DNA from: Eledone cirrhosa
Lineage: Eukaryota
Direction: 5' to 3'
NCBI GenBank assembly: GCA_964016885.1
Contig: OZ024744.1
Location: 37,882,001-37,946,000 of the forward strand
Length of the DNA stretch: 64,000 nucleotides
Shown here: positions 55,715-64,000 of the stretch, in pieces
Position numbering within the stretch: the stretch's first letter is position 1
Layout of the letters: the number at the start of each line of letters is the position of its first letter
Notes under the pieces: generated by a model
What the model saw: only the letters and a program-made list of their open reading frames with translations
What the model was told of the DNA's origin: nothing
Database searches by the model: none
Translations under genes and position numbers: made by a program

Positions 55715-55930
55715 GAATGCCATGGTTGACGGAGGCTCGGCTCTGTAAGGTATAGTAATTTTGAACCGTTAAAACAATTGTAAATTGTTTAAAACTTGAA
55801 CCAAATTGTTGATAAAGACACCCTCCTCCTCGTGAGAGGGGTCTTTCTGTCCGTTATTTGGCCCTTCGGGGTTAAATAACCAGTTATTGGGGTTTTGTAC
55901 CCAAAATTTCATTTTAAACAAAAAAACAAC

Positions 55931-58027
55931 ATGGCTACGAAAAAGAAATTTCATACGTCACTCCCACTCATTCCGTCTTCTTCTTCCTCAATCATCACTA
56001 CAGCAGAGAGAAGATTGTCTCTCTCCCTCCCTTCTTTAAATGTGTCTCTCTCCCTCCCTTCTCTTTCGCAAGTGACGAAAGAAAAGAAAAGTCTCGTGCA
56101 AAGCGTACAAGGTTTCTCCACGACGACGACGACAGCGACGAAACAGGTGTGCGGGAAATACGAAAACCCAGTTCATTCGTCTGACGTCAGGAATAATAGC
56201 AGTAGCAGCCGTAATAACAACAGCAACAGTGACAATGAAAACAACAGTAGCAGCCGCAACAGCATCACCAGCAGCATAAACAACAACAGCATTAGCAGCA
56301 GCAACACCAACAACAACCACAGCAACAGCGGCGGAGGCAGTAGTCGTAGCACCTGCAGCAACAACAAAAGTACCAGCAGCTCTGACGGCAACAACAACAG
56401 CAGAGAAAAACCAATCTCATTTGCAGGTATTACGAAAAACTTGGAAACAATCCTCATAACAAATGAGGAATTAGAGGAAGCGAAGAAGATGGTGACAAAG
56501 AACGGACACCGAGCAATCTGCAAGGCAGCGGAAAAATTTTTCGAAACCCAAGAGCACTGTACGGTCACGTACCGTACAGTAAGTACAAAATCCCGTAGGG
56601 TGGAAAGAGCCACAGAGGCCCAAATACAAAAAGCCTTGGGGTCTGTGTGGCAGCGGAAAACGCACATCACCCGAGGCAAAAAATATGCCACCGTAGACTT
56701 ACTTTTTTCCACACCCCAGGAGGCAAAGTCCCAATCAGTAGTGACCCTAAGGAGCGAGGAAATGGTGTTGGTGCCCTCCTACTGCGGGCAAAAAATTGTG
56801 AGGGTCAAACTGACCCACGTCCCCCCCGGAATGACCCCTTCTTGGCTGGCCGCGTCTGTCCTCGTCGGAATCAAGAACAAAACAACTGTACTGCAAGTAC
56901 AGAAAAAAGTAAGAGAAGATTGGGTCGGCTCCTCCATTGAGATGCTAATCGAAACCAACCAGGAGTGCATCGAAGCTATCCCGGATGTGATAGACTTCGA
57001 TAACGGCACTCAACTGCCCATAAGTGTTGAGGGCAAACGCCCGAAATGCTTTCGCTGTGGATCGAAGACTCACCTCAGGGCCTTCTGCAACGAGAAGACC
57101 CTGAGAAAGGAGAAAACCCCCCTCCTTCCGAATCCGGCTCCACGGCTACCAGCAACAGGACAAGCGGCAACCAGGAACGATAGGCCCGTGGCACCCATAC
57201 CCACTCCACGGAAATCAAAAACAGCAGCAGCAGTGGAAATATTAACAACAACAACAGCAATACCAAATGCAGCTGCAACAGAGACTCCAGTGCAAACATC
57301 ACCAACAACAACAAGTGAAAGAGTGGAGCTGGTACCCCTCCCCGACCTCACAGAATCAGACATGGAGTGTGAGGTGGGAGAGGGATGGCAAAAGGTCGTA
57401 AGAAGGCACAAACGCAGAAGCAGCGCATCGTCGCCTTTGAAAAGGGAGGAAAGAAATGAGAAAAGGGTAAAGTCTACTGCAAAGAGACCCACAGCAGCAA
57501 CACCACCAACACCATCACCACCCACACTAGCACCACCATCACCACCGGTGACAACCCCACCGCCAACAACACCTTCAACACCACCACCACAAGCACCAAC
57601 ATCGCAAACACAACAACAAAACACACACACCCAGCAACAACGACAAGAAAATAGCAGAACCACACCCCACCCCCAGAAAAACAAATGCACGGCAATAAAT
57701 ACACACAACAAGAAACTAATGACTTACATAATTGAACACACAGACATTTCACAACAGGACTACATAATAACAGCACCAATCAAAACGCCAACTAACATAA
57801 GACTGCTAAAAATAGCACAGAAACAATACACAAACATTAAAACGAAATTCCCCAACGCAGTTGGTGATTTCAGGGACCTAGGAGGAACCATCAATCGAAG
57901 AGTATATTCAGACATTCTCTTAGAAAAGCCGACGACCAGCCGAAGGGACGATTCAACGGTCCCTTCACCAGACGATCAAGTGAAAAGGGATGTAAAAACC
58001 ATCCCTCCTCTACCAAAAGTACGGTAA
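55931..58027 (+). CDS. LINE ORF1 (gag-like protein with zinc knuckle; S/N- and P/T-rich regions)
   Basis: Open ~700 codons, aacATGG context, CFRCGSKTHLRAFC (CX2CX4HX4C), GWQKVVRR motif. Confidence 0.85.
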   Translation: MATKKKFHTSLPLIPSSSSSIITTAERRLSLSLPSLNVSLSLPSLSQVTKEKKSLVQSVQGFSTTTTTATKQVCGKYENPVHSSDVRNNSSSSRNNNSNSDNENNSSSRNSITSSINNNSISSSNTNNNHSNSGGGSSRSTCSNNKSTSSSDGNNNSREKPISFAGITKNLETILITNEELEEAKKMVTKNGHRAICKAAEKFFETQEHCTVTYRTVSTKSRRVERATEAQIQKALGSVWQRKTHITRGKKYATVDLLFSTPQEAKSQSVVTLRSEEMVLVPSYCGQKIVRVKLTHVPPGMTPSWLAASVLVGIKNKTTVLQVQKKVREDWVGSSIEMLIETNQECIEAIPDVIDFDNGTQLPISVEGKRPKCFRCGSKTHLRAFCNEKTLRKEKTPLLPNPAPRLPATGQAATRNDRPVAPIPTPRKSKTAAAVEILTTTTAIPNAAATETPVQTSPTTTSERVELVPLPDLTESDMECEVGEGWQKVVRRHKRRSSASSPLKREERNEKRVKSTAKRPTAATPPTPSPPTLAPPSPPVTTPPPTTPSTPPPQAPTSQTQQQNTHTQQQRQENSRTTPHPQKNKCTAINTHNKKLMTYIIEHTDISQQDYIITAPIKTPTNIRLLKIAQKQYTNIKTKFPNAVGDFRDLGGTINRRVYSDILLEKPTTSRRDDSTVPSPDDQVKRDVKTIPPLPKVR

Positions 58028-58066
58028 GTGGTCTTTCCCATCTTTTCCACTCTATTTTAAACATGA

Positions 58067-61000
58067 CCTCACTGCATAGGCAGCATAAATGCGCGTGGCT
58101 TGGGGTCGTCATGGAAGCAGGGTCACCTGCTCAACGACCTCAGGTCACTAAACATAGATGTAGTGGCCATCAGCGAGACCAGAATCTCCGAAGCACGGGC
58201 CTTCGCACCGATCTTCGGCGGCTACGATGTGTACGCATCTCCCAGCCGTCCTGGATCGGGTGGAGGAGTTGCTGTGCTTTTTCGGAGAGGTTTGGATCTC
58301 GCCATACGGGCCATCTTCCTGGACCCAGAGGGTAAGCTGGTGGTGCTGGACGTGACCAGCGGAGACGGGCAAGCTTTCAGGCTAGTGGCCGTCTATGCCC
58401 CGACAGGAGCAGGGCGGCCTGATTTCTTCCGGCGTCTGGAGACCTTTCTTGGAACGTCCCGCTCTTTAGTGTTAGTGGGCGACTGGAACGGGATCTTAGA
58501 TGCACGCTGGGACTGTGTGGGATTAGCGGATAGGGGTGGAGGGTGCAAGAGCCTCACCAACCTGCTCAGGCGTTTTGAACTGTCTGACAGGTACCGATTG
58601 GATTTCCCGAATGTGCCAATGTGGACAAACCGCATAGGGTCATCCAGATCATATCTAGATAGAGTATTTTGTAGGGAAATAGATAGGTCTAGCATAGGCT
58701 GTCCACAATTCAAGATAGTCAGCTACACGGACCACAAATTCGTGATCTGTGTGCTTGACTTAGATAGGCTTCATAGACGAGGACCCGGCTACTGGAAGCT
58801 AAACGCGTCCTTACCAGCGCGCAAGGCATACAGAGACCGGATTAGCGAACTAGTTAAGCGGGCGTTGACGGGGGCCATCGTCAACAACAAGTGGTGGTTT
58901 GCTCTGAGAAGAGCGATTAGAATAGAATCGATTAGGTTTAGTAAGGCTTTAGCAATAGAGAAAAATAGAGCACTGGGAGAACTATTTAGAAAATTAGACG
59001 AGGCGCTTAGCAAAGGCATTGCGACCGACGTGCTTGCGGCGAAATTGGCCCTTGACCAATTCTTCAATGCAAAGCACGAAGGCTGCGTGGTCAGAGCAAG
59101 GGTGCGTGCTCTCAGACACGAGGGGACGAAAGCCGTTCAATGGGCCCGAGTGGTGGAGGCGCGTTGTGGCAACAAAGCCACGATCCGGTCTTTGGTGGAC
59201 CACGACGGGCGCATGCTACTCGATCCCGGGCAAATGTGTGAAGCTTTTCAGCGACACTTCGCTCAGCTGTTCGGGGGCAGCGGTGGGCCGGGTAGAGGGA
59301 TGGACTTTAGTGTCTACCACGACGGATTGCCGCGGCTCTCGGCCACTGAGGCGAAGTGTTGCGAAAAGCCGATAACAGCCGCTGAAGTAAGGGAGGCAAT
59401 GACTGGCTGCACAAGGGGTAAATCGCCTGGTTTGGATGGTCTGCCCTATGAACTTTACGTACAGATGCCAGACTTGATCGGAGGCCTCTTGGCGGACGTC
59501 TACTGCAACTGGCAACAGAACGGGAGAATTCCCAGTTCTGTGAGGCGAGGAGCGGTGGCACTGCTGAGAAAGGATCCGAACAAGGGGGATAACATAGACA
59601 ATTTCCGGCCCATAACTCTGCTAAACACAGAGTTCAAGATTTTGGCCAAGGTGCTAGCAAAGAGGTTGGCGCTTGTCGTTGGTGGTCTGGTGGGAGAGGC
59701 GCAGACATGCGCCATTCCCGACAGATCCATCCACGACAACCTCCACCTCATGCGATACATCATAGAGAGGGTAGCTAAGGAACCTGGCACGGGTGGGTCC
59801 TTGATCAATTTAGATCAGTCGAAAGCTTTCGATAGGGTCGACCATCGTTACCTAGCGACCGTCCTGAGGGCGGCTGGCTTTGGGCCCGTCTTCAGAGGCT
59901 GGATCGCTGCCATGCACAGCGACATCTGCTCTGTGGTGAGAGTGAACGGTCACCTGTCGGAACCGTTCAACATCATGCGCTCGGTCCGCCAAGGATGTCC
60001 CCTCTCGTCCCTCTTGTACGTATTGACTCTCGAGCCATTACTGCACAAACTGGAGACGTTGAGGGGAGTCCCGCGCGAACTAGGATGCGGAAGATCAGTG
60101 TCAGCATATGCGGACGATGTCACCGTAGTGGTGTCGAGCGCCAAACACATCGAGGCGATCGGCACTACACTAAGAGAATACGAAGCGGTGACAGGAGCAA
60201 TGATCAACCAGGAAAAGTCAGTGGGCCTGCAGCTCGGCACCTGGAGAGGCAGGTCCATGCCGTCCCACAGCGTCGTCGTACGCTGGACGGACGGACCGGT
60301 TAAATTGCTAGTGGTCTGGTTCGGTCCGGACCTCCAGACGGACAAAAACTGGGACGAGGTGACGAGCAGGGTGGCTTCTCTCACCCAGAAATGGGCCGAG
60401 AGGAAGCTATCCCTGAAAGGTCGAGCGGAGGTGGCTAACGCGTACATCGCGTCCGTCATCTGCTACCGCCTGACCGTCGTACTTTGTCCTAAGCCTCGCC
60501 TGACTGCGCTGGAGCGTTTGCTCTTTCGCTTTTTGTGGAAGGGACGCGCTCCGATGGTCAGGCGGTCCATCTGTTGTCAACACCCGCTACGTGGAGGGCT
60601 GGGCATGCCGTGGCTGATGATGCGCAGGCACGCGCTCAGGCTACGACATCTCCACCTCTTCCTCGACGGTGATCAGGTGTGGTCGCCGTTTGCTAGGCGC
60701 GTGTTTCCCCAGCTCGTTTCCTTGACGGAGCTGCAGTCCTGGGTCAAGCGAAGACCGAGAGGGAGCGCCTGGAGACTGGAATGTCTTCAGGCGCTCACAG
60801 CCCTCGACCAATCGGGCAATGTGATCGGTGGAAACTCCACCTCGGCGTTCTATAGAGGATTAGTGGAGGGGAAGAGCGACGACGTACTTGGGGAAACTCT
60901 AGGCGTCGACGAAAATCAACTAGCCAATCTCTTCGGAAGAACTTTCGGGCCAGGGCCTATGGACAACTTCCAGAAATCTCTGGCCTGGCAGTGCTACCGA

Positions 61001-61474
61001 GGAGCCTTGCCAGTTCGGGATAAACTCTACAGGCATGGAGGTGCCGTCAGCCGGGCATGTCCGAGATGCGCGCAGGGCGACGAAACCGTCCTGCACGCAC
61101 TCGTCCAGTCTCCGAAAATTGCTGACTTGTGGGTTTATGTCGAACACCTGCTGTCGCGTTTAGGACGGATCCGGCTATCATCTGAGTCCATCGTGAGGAT
61201 TGCCCCGCCCTCCTCCTTTAGCCGGGAAGGGCAGGCAGTTTTTATCTGTCTGGTGGCCATGGCGAAAGAGATAGTATGGTGGACACGTTTGAAAGGGCTG
61301 AAGACGAGCACTTACCTCTTCGGTGATGCTCTGATTGACTTTTTCAAATTTCATTTGAAAAGGAAAATCAGAGTAGAGAGGGAAGTGCTCTCTTCCCAGG
61401 ATTTTGTTGAAAGATGGGTGAGAGAAGCAAGAATGGCCCGAGTGAATGGGCCTACTCTGAGTATATATCTGTAA
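58067..61474 (+). CDS. LINE ORF2: APE endonuclease plus reverse transcriptase (no in-frame ATG at the N-terminus)
   Basis: SINARGL, SETR, GDWN, YLDR, TDH; LDQSKAFDRV, SVRQGCPLS, YADD; CPRC..H..S knuckle with the last Cys lost. Confidence 0.9.
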   Translation, partial: PHCIGSINARGLGSSWKQGHLLNDLRSLNIDVVAISETRISEARAFAPIFGGYDVYASPSRPGSGGGVAVLFRRGLDLAIRAIFLDPEGKLVVLDVTSGDGQAFRLVAVYAPTGAGRPDFFRRLETFLGTSRSLVLVGDWNGILDARWDCVGLADRGGGCKSLTNLLRRFELSDRYRLDFPNVPMWTNRIGSSRSYLDRVFCREIDRSSIGCPQFKIVSYTDHKFVICVLDLDRLHRRGPGYWKLNASLPARKAYRDRISELVKRALTGAIVNNKWWFALRRAIRIESIRFSKALAIEKNRALGELFRKLDEALSKGIATDVLAAKLALDQFFNAKHEGCVVRARVRALRHEGTKAVQWARVVEARCGNKATIRSLVDHDGRMLLDPGQMCEAFQRHFAQLFGGSGGPGRGMDFSVYHDGLPRLSATEAKCCEKPITAAEVREAMTGCTRGKSPGLDGLPYELYVQMPDLIGGLLADVYCNWQQNGRIPSSVRRGAVALLRKDPNKGDNIDNFRPITLLNTEFKILAKVLAKRLALVVGGLVGEAQTCAIPDRSIHDNLHLMRYIIERVAKEPGTGGSLINLDQSKAFDRVDHRYLATVLRAAGFGPVFRGWIAAMHSDICSVVRVNGHLSEPFNIMRSVRQGCPLSSLLYVLTLEPLLHKLETLRGVPRELGCGRSVSAYADDVTVVVSSAKHIEAIGTTLREYEAVTGAMINQEKSVGLQLGTWRGRSMPSHSVVVRWTDGPVKLLVVWFGPDLQTDKNWDEVTSRVASLTQKWAERKLSLKGRAEVANAYIASVICYRLTVVLCPKPRLTALERLLFRFLWKGRAPMVRRSICCQHPLRGGLGMPWLMMRRHALRLRHLHLFLDGDQVWSPFARRVFPQLVSLTELQSWVKRRPRGSAWRLECLQALTALDQSGNVIGGNSTSAFYRGLVEGKSDDVLGETLGVDENQLANLFGRTFGPGPMDNFQKSLAWQCYRGALPVRDKLYRHGGAVSRACPRCAQGDETVLHALVQSPKIADLWVYVEHLLSRLGRIRLSSESIVRIAPPSSFSREGQAVFICLVAMAKEIVWWTRLKGLKTSTYLFGDALIDFFKFHLKRKIRVEREVLSSQDFVERWVREARMARVNGPTLSIYL

Positions 61475-61769
61475 TTTAAAGGTGGAAAACTGGGAGAGGG
61501 CACTTGCCTTGGTGGTCAGGGTCATTGTGGCTTTTTACTGGGCTTTCTCCACAAATGTCCCTCCGAAGTCTCCCCCCTATTGGGGAATTTTTCATTGTTA
61601 TTTTCATTGTTATTTTTGTTACATCCTCTGTTTTTGTTTTTTACACGCAGAAATGCCCATTTGTACCGTCCTGCATTGTCCTGCACTGTCCTTAATGTCT
61701 ACTTTATGTAAACCCTTGTGGTTAATAAAGAAATCATTATTATTATTATTATTATTATTGTTGTTGTTA

Positions 61770-64000
61770 TTCCTTGAATCTCAGTCATTGATGTTGGTTA
61801 ACTGGAAAGTCCGTTGGATTGAATATCAAGCCACTACCTGCAGCCTCAGATATTCAGGACGTATCGGAGGGTTCTTGCTGTTCCAAGCAAGCATGCCTTT
61901 TGAAGCGTTCCAAAAAGCGTGAAGGGGCCGATTTTCTTTAACCATCCCTGGAAACTTTTGGAGATAGTCCCCAGTGCGCCTATGACAATCGGGATCACTT
62001 TGACTTCATGGCAGTTCCAAATCCTTTTCACCTCCCACTTTAGGTCCTGGTATCGGTTAATTTTCTCCCTCTCCTTCTCTTGCACTCTCGTGTCGAACGG
62101 GCAGGCCACATCCACAATCAGACACGTTCTTTTTTCTTTGTCCACAACCACCAGGTCAGGTCTATTGTGTTCCAGTTTTTTGTCCGTCTGTATCCTAAAA
62201 TCCCACAGCACCTTCACCTGATTGTTCTCCATCACCGCCTCTGGCCTATGCTCATACCATTTCTCAGAATGTGGTAAATTGTTTACTTTGCACAGGTGCC
62301 AGTGGATCACCCTGCCCATCACATCGTGTCTCCAGCCCTTATAGTGGGTCTGGGCTAGGTGTTTACACTCGGACACAATGTGAGCCACAGTCTCCTCTCT
62401 CTCTCCACAGATCCTGCACAGTGGGCTAGCCTCCTCCTTGTAGATATGGTGCTTCAACCACTTCGTTTTGAGGGCCTGCTCCTGCGCAGCCATTAGCATT
62501 CATTCTGTAGCCTTTTTAAGGTCTCCTCTTCTCAACCAGTTCCATGTCTGTGGATCTCTAAATTCAGTTTTCTCAAAGAAGGTACTATGAAGGGATTTTC
62601 CCTTAAGGCTGCTCTTCCTCCTTGATGTTATTTCCTTCTTGGACATCCCCTGGCCTACTGTCCCCTCCTTCAGTACAGTTCTGAGCATTGGCTCCTTACT
62701 ATAGGTCACGTATTTGTATAGGTTGTTTTTCTCCATCTGAACACAGTCCTCTATGCTAATAAGACCTCTTCCACCCTCAGATCTCCTTAGGTAGAGTCTA
62801 TCGACATCACTCCTCTTGTGGAACATGTTGTAGACAGTCAATAGCTTCCTAGTCTTCCTATCCATTTCTTTTTGTTCAGCAACATTCCATCTCAGAATTC
62901 CCGCACTGTACCTAATAATAGACACAGCTCGGGAATTTACTGCGCTTATGGCATTTCTGCTGTTCAGATGTGACTTCAATACCCTCCTTACTCTTCGAAT
63001 GTATTCAGTTCTTAACAATTCCTTCATTTTTTTGTTCTTTATGCCATCAGCCTCCAGAACGCCCAAATACTTGTATCCTTCCTCAGAGTCAATTTCCTTT
63101 ATCATCTCACCTGTTGGTATCTGGATCCCGTTACTTCTGCTCAACCTACCCCTCTTCATCACAATGACTCCACATTTACTAATACCAAACTGCATACATA
63201 TATCACTGCTGAAAATACGGACAGTGTCAACAAGCACATCCAACTCCTTCTCACTTTTCCCGAAGAGCTTAAGATCGTGCATGAAGAGGAGGTGATTGAT
63301 GGTAAGCTCTCCCCTTCCCAACTTGTATCCTGCTCTCACTTTTCGCAGCATAATGGTCAAGGGCATCAGGGCAAGGACAAACAACAGAGGGGACAGGCTC
63401 TCTCCCTGGAAGATACCTCTCTTGATCTTCACGCTTCCCAAGGATACTCCGGTTGATGTCAACTCTGTCTCCCAGGACCCCATACTCCTGCCCAGCAACT
63501 GTCTGATGTTATCTGCCACCCTGAAGATCTCCAGGCTTTTGGTGATCCAGGAATGAGGCACCATGTCAAATGCCTTTCTGTAGTCTATCCATCCCATGGC
63601 AAGATCAGTGTGTCTCCTCCTGCAATTCCCCATTACCATCTTATCAATAAGTAACTGGTCCTTTGTACCACGTGACTTCTTTCGGCATCCTTTCTGTTCG
63701 TCCGGTAACAAGTTGTTTGTGTGGAGGTGATGGTAGATTTCCTCAGACACAATGCTCGTCAACAGTTTCCACATTACGGACAGACATGTGATAGGTCTAT
63801 AGTTGGTAACATCATTACCCTTGATTCGGTCTTTCATTATCAGAACTGTGGTACCTTTTGTCAACCACTCTGGCACCTCACCCGACACCAAGCAGTCATT
63901 GAACATGGCCGTCAGCTTCGGGTGTAGGGATGTTAAATGTTTAATCCAATACCCCTGCACACCATCTGGGCCTGGTGATTTCCAGTTGGTTAGTTTTTTG
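61770..64000 (-). mobile_element. R4/Dong-clade LINE (runs off the window end), inactivated
   Basis: NYRPITCL, WIDYRKAFD, FMHDLKLF (catalytic D lost), in-frame TGA at 62500, CRIC..HIVSEC, NRPDL..VDVACP, (TAA)n tail. Confidence 0.92.

Larger units (their letters stand above)
55714..61735 (+). mobile_element. Full-length Tx1/L1-clade LINE flanked by (TTA)n
   Basis: 5'UTR, ORF1, ORF2 and 3'UTR with AATAAA (about 61724); (TTA)n at 55683-55713 and 61735-61760. Confidence 0.93.

Noticed and set aside
56036-61525. Multiple antisense ORFs over the Tx1 element
   Set aside because: They are shadow frames of GC-rich or low-complexity coding sequence

Overview
This is AT-rich, microsatellite-dense eukaryotic (animal) DNA made almost entirely of transposable elements. 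I found no confidently identifiable host gene. The dominant tRNA-derived SINE and the repeat landscape resemble an octopod cephalopod genome (inference from recall, not a search). Non-LTR content: a near-intact Tx1/L1-clade LINE (55.7-61.7 kb) with three decayed relatives, three R4/Dong-clade RLE LINEs, two CRE-clade fragments, several RTE fragments (one ending in three tandem C2H2 fingers) and RTE-derived bipartite elements. Other elements: at least five Penelope-like (GIY-YIG) remnants, about 15 SINEs, hAT and Tc1/mariner MITEs, a non-autonomous Helitron and a probable solo LTR. The most notable hidden signal is about ten minimal type-I hammerhead ribozyme motifs, most lying 3' of Penelope-like ORFs. 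Some carry a compensatory U3-A8 core, and one sits in a non-coding, retrozyme-like composite element. There are also many fold-back (inverted) structures beside (TA)n tracts. Most (TA)n/(CA)n-derived ORFs in the track are spurious. Repeat boundaries were placed by eye and are approximate.
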